Positions 8,901 to 16,720 of a stretch of DNA of 64,000 bases are shown here, piece by piece. The DNA comes from a virus (taxonomy: Duplodnaviria > Heunggongvirae > Uroviricota > Caudoviricetes): positions 2,529 to 66,528 of the IMG/VR virus record IMGVR_UViG_2859180793_000001; one strand, 5' to 3'. The translations under genes were made by a program, and so were the position numbers. How positions within the stretch are numbered: the stretch's first letter is position 1; each line of letters begins with the position of its first letter. The notes under the pieces were generated by a model that was given only the letters and a program-made list of their open reading frames with translations, was not told the DNA's origin and made no database searches.

Positions 8901-9360
8901 CAAGAACACCGTCAAGTTCATGGTCGTGACGGACTGTCCGAGCTGGCAGGAAGAAAAGGCGGACAAGATGCTGGAGGGCGACAGCGCCACCTTCATCAAG
9001 GAAGCGCTGAAGGCGGCCGGCCTGGCGCCGGCAGAGGGCTACTACACCTCGCTGGTCAAGGCGAAGAAGGACGACAAGTTCCTGTCCAACGCGCAGATCA
9101 ACGGCTGCTCTGGTTTCCTCAAGCGGGAAATCGAACTCATCAAGCCGCCGGTGATCGTGGCGCTGGGCTCTGCTGCCATCAAGCACTTCATCCCTGGCAT
9201 CAAGGGCGGCACGGCGGAGCTGACTGGCAAGGCGATCTACGACAAGACGCTGGACGCGACCATCGTCTGTGGCTTCAACCCGCAGCAGTTGGTGTTCGAC
9301 GCGTCCAAACAGCCGGTTCTCGAAGCTGTGTTTGCGAAAGTTGCCGAGTGTTTGTCCTGA
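5992..9360 (+). CDS. dnaE: DNA polymerase III alpha subunit (DnaE-type) with C-terminal UDG family-4-like domain
   Basis: 1122 aa. PHP N-terminus. Palm motif [43 protein letters not shown]. HhH segment. The last about 200 aa ([51 protein letters not shown]) align to the family-4 uracil-DNA glycosylase fold. Confidence 0.9.
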   Translation: [1122 protein letters not shown]

Positions 9361-9366
9361 GTAACA

Positions 9367-9386
9367 AGTAACTATTGACTATTAAC
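9367..9386 (+). promoter_or_regulatory. palindromic element, degenerate copy AGTAACTATTGACT+ATTAAC
   Basis: Lies between the dnaE stop and the next gene. Confidence 0.45.
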
Positions 9387-9443
9387 CCCTACGTGCAGAC
9401 CGTAATCTGTGTCTGTTGAACGACATACCGCAAGGAGATCGAC

Positions 9444-10481
9444 ATGTCGCAAAAGGAAATCCCCGTCTCTGATGACGAACTGGCCGCACTGATGGCCGAG
9501 CTGGAGGAAGCAACTGGCGTGTCGGCTGAAGCGCCGGCGCCCACGCCCGTGCCGTCTCGCGTGGCCACGCCCGACCCCGAGCCGGAAGAGGCTCCGCCTG
9601 CCGAAGCCGCAGGGCCGGACGACGAAGAGCTGGCAGCACTTGCGGCCCTGGAAGAGCCGGCAGCCGCGCCTGCACCTGAGCCGGTCGCGGAGACGCCGGT
9701 GGTCGAGTCGGTCGAAGAGGACGACACCGACGCACGGCTGGCGGCCCTCGAAGCGCAGCTGGAGCGCGCCAACCAGGCCGAAGCCGAGAAGGTGGTCGCG
9801 GAACCCGAGCCGGTGCCGGCCCCTGAACCCGAGCCCGCACCCGCGCCCGAGCCCACACCTGAACCGACCCCGCGCCGCGTCGTGGTGAATGCGGACGGCA
9901 CGAAGACGATGCCTTCGTTCGGCACTGCGAGCGCACCTGCGCCGGCCAACGAGGAAGACGACGGCATGCCGGCGCCGAAGGCCAAAGCTCCGGCTCTGGA
10001 CTTCTACGTCGACGTGGATGACTTCCGCCGCACGACTACGCCGACGGAGACAAACCTCGACGAGTGCATGATCCAGCAAAGCGGTTTGCGTGCGTTTTAC
10101 GGTGCACAGGCCGCGCGTGCTGAAGCGCAGCATGCTCGCCTCAAGGTTCGCTTTGAAGTGCTCGAAGCAAAACTGTATGACGAGCACCGCAAGCTGCTTG
10201 CGGCAGGCAGTGAGAAAGTCACGGAAAAAGCAGTCGAGAACGCCGTTCGCTTGGACCCGCGCTACCTTCAGGGCAAGACTCGCGTGATCGAGGCCGAGTC
10301 GATCGCCAACGTGAACCGTGCGATGGTGGACTCGCTGCGCGACCGCGCCAGCATGGTGATCCAGCTGTGCGCCGACCGCCGCGACGAGTTCAAGGGCCAG
10401 GCGCGGATCATGGCGCAGCAGCAGGAGCGCGATGAACTGCGCAACCGTGCGCTGGCAGCAGCAGCCCGTTCTGCCGCTTAA
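9444..10481 (+). CDS. hypothetical acidic protein
   Basis: AAGGAGA RBS. Pro/Glu/Ala-rich N-terminal half and a conserved-looking C-terminal domain. Function unknown. Confidence 0.55.
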   Translation: MSQKEIPVSDDELAALMAELEEATGVSAEAPAPTPVPSRVATPDPEPEEAPPAEAAGPDDEELAALAALEEPAAAPAPEPVAETPVVESVEEDDTDARLAALEAQLERANQAEAEKVVAEPEPVPAPEPEPAPAPEPTPEPTPRRVVVNADGTKTMPSFGTASAPAPANEEDDGMPAPKAKAPALDFYVDVDDFRRTTTPTETNLDECMIQQSGLRAFYGAQAARAEAQHARLKVRFEVLEAKLYDEHRKLLAAGSEKVTEKAVENAVRLDPRYLQGKTRVIEAESIANVNRAMVDSLRDRASMVIQLCADRRDEFKGQARIMAQQQERDELRNRALAAAARSAA

Positions 10482-10497
10482 TTCCGAGTCAGATATA

Positions 10498-10516
10498 AGT
10501 CAACGCTGACTATAAT
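10498..10516 (+). promoter_or_regulatory. palindromic promoter-like element AGTCAACGCTGACT+TATAAT (consensus copy)
   Basis: Perfect palindrome plus perfect TATAAT, about 95 nt upstream of the SSB gene. Confidence 0.6.
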
Positions 10517-10611
10517 TAATTCGCTGAAACGAGGTAAGCGGTCGCCAATTTATCGGCGACTGCCCAACTCAAAAAGGCACCTCTCAACTCGAAACGAAAC
10601 AAGGAAAAGCG

Positions 10612-11451
10612 ATGGATGCAAACAAACTGATGAGCCTGATGAAGCAGAAGAAGGCAGCGCTCAAGACGAAGGAGAAGACTCTCAAGCCGACTCCGGGTTC
10701 GAGCCGCTACGTTCTGCTGCCGGGTTGGCGCAAGGGTGAAGAACACGTGTGGTTCCACGAGTTCGGTCAGCACTACATCAAGAACGCCGCGAAGGAAATC
10801 CAAGCGGTCTACCCGTGCGCCGAGAAGACCTACGGCAAGCCCTGCTCGATCTGCGAAGGTCTGAACAAGGCGATGCGCATGTCGGCCGACGACGAGACGG
10901 TGGAGCTGCTCAAGGAAGCCAACGCTGGTCAGAGCTTCCTGTTCAACGCTCTGGCGCTCGATGGCGACTCCCCGAACGAGCCGGCGATCCTCGAAGTCCG
11001 CAAGTCGGTCTTTGGCCAGATCGTTGACCTGATCGAGGACTGGGGCGGCAAGCTGTTCGACCCGGAAGAGCCGCAGATCATCACCATCAACCGTGAAGGC
11101 AAGGGCCTGAACACCAAATACAGCGTGCAAGTCTCGCCGAAGACCTACCCGCTGCCGAAGGGTGTTCTGTCCAAGCTGCACAACCTGGACGAGTATGTGG
11201 CGCAGGAAAGCGAAGAGCAGCAACGTCGCGCTCTGGCAGCCATCAACTCGGTCGCGGGCCTGCTGCCGCCCCCGACTCCCGCCGACAAGCCCAAGACTGC
11301 TCCGGCAGCCCTGAGCTACGACGATGACGACGCGGCGCTGACGGCCCTCGAAGAGCGTGACCGTGCGCAGGCTGCCAAGCCGGCCGCCGCATCGGCCAAG
11401 CTGGACGAGGAGCTGGACGACCTCCTGGGCGAACTGGAAACCGGCACCTGA
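10612..11451 (+). CDS. single-stranded DNA-binding protein, T4 gp32-like
   Basis: H-x15-C-x8-C-x2-C (HYIKNAAKEIQAVYPCAEKTYGKPCSIC) resembles the gp32 zinc site. Acidic C-terminal tail DEELDDLLGELETGT. Confidence 0.55.
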   Translation: MDANKLMSLMKQKKAALKTKEKTLKPTPGSSRYVLLPGWRKGEEHVWFHEFGQHYIKNAAKEIQAVYPCAEKTYGKPCSICEGLNKAMRMSADDETVELLKEANAGQSFLFNALALDGDSPNEPAILEVRKSVFGQIVDLIEDWGGKLFDPEEPQIITINREGKGLNTKYSVQVSPKTYPLPKGVLSKLHNLDEYVAQESEEQQRRALAAINSVAGLLPPPTPADKPKTAPAALSYDDDDAALTALEERDRAQAAKPAAASAKLDEELDDLLGELETGT

Positions 11452-11474
11452 TCGGTTCCCGCACTGGCCCGCAA

Positions 11475-11506
11475 GGGCCGGCACTTTCGGGTGCTGGCCC
11501 TTTTTT
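11475..11506 (+). terminator. rho-independent terminator after SSB gene
   Basis: GGGCCGGCAC/GTGCTGGCCC stem (one wobble) followed by TTTTTT. Confidence 0.6.
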
Positions 11507-11526
11507 CGTCTCAGGAGAGCAGTTTC

Positions 11527-12429
11527 ATGAGCAAGACCCTTTTGATCGACGGTAACTCCATCGGTTACGCCTGTCACAGCGGCACCAAGCTCACCGCTGG
11601 CGGCATGCAGACGCAGGCGGTCTTCGGCTTTGTCCGAGTCATGCGCGAACTGCGCCGCGAATACCCGAAGCACACGCCGATGGTCCTGTGGGACGGTCGC
11701 GCAGAGTGGCGCTTCCAGCTCCACCCACTCTACAAGTCCAACCGCGACAACGACCCGAAGAAGGTCGCCATGAAGGAAGCGTATGCCCAGCAGCGCCCCT
11801 ACATCGCACGCGCCTTGAAGCATCTGGGCGTGCGGCAGGTGACAGCGCTCAAGCATGAAGCGGACGACATGGCCGGCTACTTCGTCGCGGAGCTGACCAA
11901 GAACCCCGACAACGAGATTGTCCTCATCACCGGCGACGAGGACTGGATTCAGCTGGTGCGCCGCAACGTCACCTGGCGCGACATGCGCAACGACGACAAG
12001 AAGGTCAGCCTCGCCAACCTGTTCGACAAGACCGGCTACAAGACGCCCTATGCCTTCCTCGAAGGCAAGTGCTTGCAGGGCGATACGTCTGACGTGATCA
12101 GCGGCGTGGGCAAGATCGGCGAGAAGGGCGCGCCGGAGTTTCTGGCCGAGTTCGGCAGCGTGCGCGAGTTCTGGCGCCGCGTCGACGCTGGCGAGTTCAA
12201 GCCCAAATACGTGGCGCACAAGAACCTGGCATCGCCAGAGGGCCGCAAGATTTTCGCCCGCAATCTCAAGCTGATGCAGCTCCTCAAGGTTCACAAGCCG
12301 GCCAAAGAGGACATGCGCGTCGAGATTGGCAAGGTCGACGACGACGCCTTCCAGGCGCTGTGCGAAGAGCTGGCCTTCGCCTCGATTCTCAAGAACGTGC
12401 CGCTGTTCACCTCCATCTTCAAGCAATAA
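11527..12429 (+). CDS. 5'-3' exonuclease / flap endonuclease (Pol I N-terminal-like)
   Basis: MSKTLLIDGNSIGYACHS matches the 5'-nuclease N-terminal motif. Acidic clusters (ITGDEDWIQL). RBS CAGGAGAG. Confidence 0.8.
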   Translation: MSKTLLIDGNSIGYACHSGTKLTAGGMQTQAVFGFVRVMRELRREYPKHTPMVLWDGRAEWRFQLHPLYKSNRDNDPKKVAMKEAYAQQRPYIARALKHLGVRQVTALKHEADDMAGYFVAELTKNPDNEIVLITGDEDWIQLVRRNVTWRDMRNDDKKVSLANLFDKTGYKTPYAFLEGKCLQGDTSDVISGVGKIGEKGAPEFLAEFGSVREFWRRVDAGEFKPKYVAHKNLASPEGRKIFARNLKLMQLLKVHKPAKEDMRVEIGKVDDDAFQALCEELAFASILKNVPLFTSIFKQ

Positions 12430-12443
12430 AGGAACACACCACC

Positions 12444-13481
12444 ATGAGCAAGACCCTCGCAGACCTGTGCGATGACCTGGACAAAGCCATCGGCGCGAAC
12501 GCCGACAACCAAGCTGTCACGCAGTGGATCGATACCGGCTCGCCCGAGCTGAACTACGCCATCTCCGGTCGCTACGACGGCGGCTTGCCGTTTGGTCGGA
12601 TGGTCGAAATGTTCGGCGAGTCCTCGACCGGTAAGACCGCGCTGGCGACGAAGTGGATGGCGCAGGCGCAGGGCCTGGGCGGCGTCGCTGGCTTCATCGA
12701 CTGGGAGCGCTCGTTCAGCGTCGACCTGGCCACCGCCGGCTTCGGTCTGAATGACCGTCGTCCGCACTGGATCTACGGCAAGCCGCGCACGTGGGAAGAA
12801 GGCAACGTGCTCGCAGCGAAGGCGATCCAAGCCATTCGCAAGAGCGGCGCCATCGACGACAGCGCCCCGATCCTGTTCGTGTTCGACTCCATCGCAGCGG
12901 CCCTGCCCAAGAGCCAGGCTGAGAAGGAAATCGACGAATACACCATGAACGACACGACGGCGCTGGCGCGGGTCACGTCGACGACCCTCAAGGCAATGGC
13001 GCAGCACGCGGAGGAATACAACGCAACGTTCCTCTACCTGAACCAGATTCGCCTGAAGCCGGGTGTGGTTTACGGTGATCCGCGCACCACCCCTGGCGGT
13101 AAGGCGATGGAGTATTACTCGTCGGCCCGCATCGCGCTCGGCCGTCAGAAGATCATGGAGCAGAAGGGCGGCGAGAAGGAGTTCACCGGCCAGAACATCA
13201 CGGCGCAGGTCACGAAGTCCAAGTTCACCAAGCCGTTCAAGGAGGCCAACCTGCGCATGACGTTCGACGACGCCGGCGTGGCCCACTTCGACATGACGTT
13301 CTCGCTGCTGGAGTTCCTCATCGACAAGGGCGCCGTGCCGTATTCGAAGCCCTACGCAACCTGGGACGACGGCAAGAAGTATCACGTCAAAGCGCTCGCC
13401 AAGCATATTGACGAGACGGGACAGCAAGCAGTGCTGATGGCGAAGCTGCCGCCGCTGCCTGGTGTTGCAGTAGCCGCGTAA
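12444..13481 (+). CDS. RecA/UvsX-family recombinase
   Basis: Walker A GESSTGKTALAT and FIDWERSF resemble RecA GPESSGKTT / AFIDAEHA. About 345 aa. Confidence 0.75.
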   Translation: MSKTLADLCDDLDKAIGANADNQAVTQWIDTGSPELNYAISGRYDGGLPFGRMVEMFGESSTGKTALATKWMAQAQGLGGVAGFIDWERSFSVDLATAGFGLNDRRPHWIYGKPRTWEEGNVLAAKAIQAIRKSGAIDDSAPILFVFDSIAAALPKSQAEKEIDEYTMNDTTALARVTSTTLKAMAQHAEEYNATFLYLNQIRLKPGVVYGDPRTTPGGKAMEYYSSARIALGRQKIMEQKGGEKEFTGQNITAQVTKSKFTKPFKEANLRMTFDDAGVAHFDMTFSLLEFLIDKGAVPYSKPYATWDDGKKYHVKALAKHIDETGQQAVLMAKLPPLPGVAVAA

Positions 13482-13491
13482 TGCTGTAAGC

Positions 13492-13532
13492 AGCCCCTCC
13501 CTACAATCAGAGCATCGATTCTAGGGAGGGCT
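13492..13532 (+). promoter_or_regulatory. long hairpin sequestering the RBS of gene 13535
   Basis: AGCCCCTCCCTA ... TAGGGAGGG-CT arms (11-12 bp, one bulge) with an 18-nt loop. The right arm contains the GGGAGGG Shine-Dalgarno, 3 nt before the ATG. Confidence 0.5.
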
Positions 13533-13534
13533 CT

Positions 13535-13888
13535 ATGAGCACGCGAGTAGTTGGTTTTATCCCGCCAGTGGTGGGGACAGAAGGGGAATTCAACACGTTT
13601 CGTCTTGGCGGTTTCTACGCCAAAAGCCTCTCGGTGGGCGAGGAAGTGTTCCTGCTCAACGAGAAGGAGCGTCTGGTGTTCGGCAAGGCGGTTGTGACGG
13701 GTGTCGAAACCGGAAAGCTCGGCGAAATGTGCGCCATTCACGGCGACAAGAACCACACGGAGCTGGAAGTCTCCGGCGATGGGCGAAGCGCTGAACGTCT
13801 GTTCCACCTCTTGCAAAAGATTCACGGGCCGCACATCGCGACGCCCACCAAGAAGACCACCGTGATTTACATGCGGAGATTGGAATGA
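13535..13888 (+). CDS. hypothetical protein (117 aa)
   Basis: ORF with RBS. No recognisable domain. Confidence 0.5.
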   Translation: MSTRVVGFIPPVVGTEGEFNTFRLGGFYAKSLSVGEEVFLLNEKERLVFGKAVVTGVETGKLGEMCAIHGDKNHTELEVSGDGRSAERLFHLLQKIHGPHIATPTKKTTVIYMRRLE

Positions 13889-14268
13889 GCGACGGCAACA
13901 CACTCGATGACGTTCTGCACTTTGGCAAGCACAAGGGCGCTCCGATCAGGCAAGTCCTGAAGGTAGACCCGACATATCTGGCGTGGCTGCGCGACAAGAC
14001 TGCCGACGACATGCGGCAGTCTTTCTTCGACAAGGAAACCAATGATCTGATCGACGACGCGCTGCGCAAGATGAAGCGCAGCCGTCAGCGCATCTGGTCG
14101 GACAACCCGCCGCCCCACCTTGCGGATGCCCTCAAAGCCCAGGCCGAAGCACTGGAAGCGGCGCGGGAGCGTGAGGAGGAAGAGCAACAGGCGCTCGCCG
14201 CTCAGGCCGCCATGAGAGCCGCCCAGGCGCGCGACATGGCATATGCCCAAGAGTGGGGTGCCTGGTAA
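13885..14268 (+). CDS. hypothetical protein (ends ...EWGAW)
   Basis: ATGA overlap with the upstream gene. C-terminal G-x-W. Confidence 0.5.
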   Translation: MSDGNTLDDVLHFGKHKGAPIRQVLKVDPTYLAWLRDKTADDMRQSFFDKETNDLIDDALRKMKRSRQRIWSDNPPPHLADALKAQAEALEAAREREEEEQQALAAQAAMRAAQARDMAYAQEWGAW

Positions 14269-14561
14269 TGCGCAACGACTACAGCCGCGAGCGTCGCCGC
14301 TGGGACGCCATCTCAAGTCGCCATCGCGATATTGACCAGCGGTTCGAAGATCTGTTTGGCCTCGACGGGCAGTTCATCATCATGGATGAGGAGTGGCCGG
14401 TGGAGAAGCCAGAGCCGCGCCGCGTCGAGAAGGTCGTGACGGAAGCCGCCACCGGCAAGGCCGCACGCCGCGCGCAGAAGCGACAGCGCATGCAGGAGCG
14501 GATTGCAGAGGCCCAGCGCCGCGCCCACAACGAGCAGAACCTGGGCTGGGGAGGGTGGTGA
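14268..14561 (+). CDS. hypothetical basic protein (ends ...GWGGW)
   Basis: TAATG overlap with the upstream gene. Arg/Glu-rich. Confidence 0.45.
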   Translation: MRNDYSRERRRWDAISSRHRDIDQRFEDLFGLDGQFIIMDEEWPVEKPEPRRVEKVVTEAATGKAARRAQKRQRMQERIAEAQRRAHNEQNLGWGGW

Positions 14562-14923
14562 TGCGCTACCCGCACTCGGTGAACGGCCGCTTCTATGGCA
14601 ACTGGCATTACCTGCCGTCTGGCAAGGCACTCTACCTGGCGCACCGCCGCCCGAGCGAAGTATTTCACCGCCGCACGGCCTGGTGCATCGACGTGCGCAC
14701 GTTGGAAGAGGCCAAGACGCGCGGCATCTCCTACATCGGCGTGGTCACGCGCAACGGCAAGAAGCGCAATTTCTGGATCACCCTGGTGGAGGACTTCTTC
14801 ACCGATCCGCATAGCTTCAGCCACTTTGGGGACACACGCCAGCGCGGGCTCCCACTGTCCCGTTTTCGCATCAACCCGTCGGCAACCGCGAGCGCGATTG
14901 CTTCTGCCATGTCGCTTCGATAG
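14561..14923 (+). CDS. hypothetical protein
   Basis: GTGATG overlap with the upstream gene. 120 aa. Confidence 0.45.
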   Translation: MRYPHSVNGRFYGNWHYLPSGKALYLAHRRPSEVFHRRTAWCIDVRTLEEAKTRGISYIGVVTRNGKKRNFWITLVEDFFTDPHSFSHFGDTRQRGLPLSRFRINPSATASAIASAMSLR

Positions 14924-14957
14924 TCGTTCCTGACTGATTCGATTACAATGTAAAAAC

Positions 14958-14977
14958 AGTCAATAGTGACTTACATT
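14958..14977 (+). promoter_or_regulatory. palindromic promoter-like element AGTCAATAGTGACT+TACATT nested in a 7-bp IR
   Basis: Flanked by AATGTAA (14947..14953) and TTACATT (14971..14977). Upstream of the hicA-like gene. Confidence 0.5.
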
Positions 14978-14991
14978 AAGGGGCAATAATC

Positions 14992-15216
14992 ATGGCAACT
15001 AAGCGTTACTCGAAGGACCGCGTTATCGACAATGTTTGCCGGCTACTGATCAAGCAGGGCTGGGTCACGAAATCAAGCAACCGCCACGTGCGGCTGGCCG
15101 ATCCGAGCGGCAAGAAGATCGTAACCGTGCCAGGCTCGCCATCAGACCACCGCGCCGTGCAGAACTGGCTGCACCAGCTGCGCCGCATGGCGGTCATTGA
15201 TGCCATTCCGGCCTGA
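14992..15216 (+). CDS. hicA: HicA-like (YcfA family) mRNA interferase toxin domain protein
   Basis: QGWVTKSSNRHVRLADPSGKKIVTVPGSPSDHRAVQNWLHQL matches the HicA pattern G-W...gsH...p....vTVP.H...l..gt...il.q. No HicB-like partner is adjacent. Confidence 0.45.
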   Translation: MATKRYSKDRVIDNVCRLLIKQGWVTKSSNRHVRLADPSGKKIVTVPGSPSDHRAVQNWLHQLRRMAVIDAIPA

Positions 15217-15227
15217 AGGAGGCGGAC

Positions 15228-15635
15228 ATGGTGCTGACAACCGCGCTGCTGTGCATGGCTCTGAACGTCTACCACGAGGGGCGGGGAGAACCGACCGCCG
15301 GCCAAGTGGCGATCGCTCTGACCACGATGAACCGGGCCAGGCACGACAGTGGCAAGGTCTGCGAGGTCGTGATGGCCGAGAAGCAGTTCTCCTGGACCAA
15401 CCGGCTTGTTGCGCGCCGCAAGGACGGCTGGGAGATCCAGCATGGCGCCATGCCGCGTGACCAGAAAGCATGGCGCAAGGCCCGCGTGATCGCAACGCTC
15501 GCCCTCAAGGGCATGTTGGGCGACTTCACGCGCGGCGCCACCCATTACCACGCCAAGTCGGTCAGTCCGGCCTGGAGCAAGAAAATGCCGCGCACGTTCG
15601 CCTACGGCAACCACGTTTTCTATCGGCACGTCTGA
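15228..15635 (+). CDS. cell wall hydrolase, SleB/CwlJ family (Hydrolase_2)
   Basis: ALNVYHEGRGE, TTMNRARH, CEVVMAEKQFSW match the SleB-family signature. AGGAGG RBS. Confidence 0.65.
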   Translation: MVLTTALLCMALNVYHEGRGEPTAGQVAIALTTMNRARHDSGKVCEVVMAEKQFSWTNRLVARRKDGWEIQHGAMPRDQKAWRKARVIATLALKGMLGDFTRGATHYHAKSVSPAWSKKMPRTFAYGNHVFYRHV

Positions 15636-15664
15636 TAGTCAGCATTTACCATCGGAGATAACCC

Positions 15665-16720
15665 ATGAAGCCATACGGCATCATCAGTGACACGCATCAC
15701 CACTCGTGGTCCGCTTTCTCAACCACTTTGCCTTCCGGTGTGAACAGCCGGCTCCAGCAGACCCTGGACGAGACCAAGCGCTGCGCAGAGGAAGTCCGCA
15801 AGGCAGGCGGCAACTACATCGCCCACGCCGGCGACCTGTTCCACGTGCGCGGCTCGATCGCGCCGAGCGTCCTGAACCCGACGCTGGACTGCTACGGCGA
15901 AATCATCAAGAGCGGCATCAACATCGTCATCTTGGCCGGCAACCACGACCTCGAAGGCAAGGAAGCGCTGCGCGTGTCGAGCGCTATCACCGCGCTGGAG
16001 GGCGTCGGCTGCAAGATCATCAACAGCTGGGAGGCGGGCCTTGCCGCGACCGACCACGTGGCCATGATCCCCTGGAACCCCTCGATCGAAGGCTTGAAGA
16101 AGCAGATCGAGGACATTGACCCGGCTGACCGCCCGGGCTGCGACCTGATCCTGCATGCGCCGGTCGATGGCGTGATCCCCGGTCTGCCTGACCACGGTCT
16201 GAGCGCCGAATACCTGGCCAAGCTGGGCTTTCGCCGCGTCTTCTCTGGCCACTACCACCACCACAAGGAGTTCGAGGGCGGCGTCTACAGCATCGGCAGC
16301 CTGACGCCGCAGACCTGGAGCGACGTGGACAAGAAGTCCGGCTTCCTGATCGTCTACGAGGACCGCGTGCGCTGGATGAAGTCGCACGCACCGGAGTTCG
16401 TGGAGATCGACAGCGCGACCGACCCCGCCGACATTCCCACGATCGTGGACGGCAACTACGTGAAGGCGACCATCCGCACCGCCAACGTGGCCGAAGTCGA
16501 GTCGCTGCGCGCATACCTGATCGACAGCGGCGCGAAGGGCGTCGTGCTCAACGTCCAGAAGGATGCGACCGCACCGACGCGCAGCGGCACCGTGATCCGC
16601 TCGGGCGTGACGCTGGACCAGAGCGTGCAGGACTACATCGCCGCCAGCTCCATCCCCGAAGCGGCCGCCGTTGCGAAGGCGTGCCAGGACGTTCTCACCA
16701 CCGTGCGGAGCGTGGCATGA
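15665..16720 (+). CDS. sbcD: SbcD/Mre11-like metallophosphoesterase nuclease
   Basis: GIISDTHHH, HAGDLFH, LAGNHD and SGHYHH phosphoesterase motifs. Confidence 0.8.
   Translation: MKPYGIISDTHHHSWSAFSTTLPSGVNSRLQQTLDETKRCAEEVRKAGGNYIAHAGDLFHVRGSIAPSVLNPTLDCYGEIIKSGINIVILAGNHDLEGKEALRVSSAITALEGVGCKIINSWEAGLAATDHVAMIPWNPSIEGLKKQIEDIDPADRPGCDLILHAPVDGVIPGLPDHGLSAEYLAKLGFRRVFSGHYHHHKEFEGGVYSIGSLTPQTWSDVDKKSGFLIVYEDRVRWMKSHAPEFVEIDSATDPADIPTIVDGNYVKATIRTANVAEVESLRAYLIDSGAKGVVLNVQKDATAPTRSGTVIRSGVTLDQSVQDYIAASSIPEAAAVAKACQDVLTTVRSVA

Noticed and set aside
5980-9186. 1068-aa minus-strand ORF
   Set aside because: Antisense shadow of dnaE. Arg/Leu/Ala/Val-dominated with no domains.
10516-12426. 636-aa minus-strand ORF
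   Set aside because: Antisense to the SSB and FEN genes, whose motifs are unambiguous.
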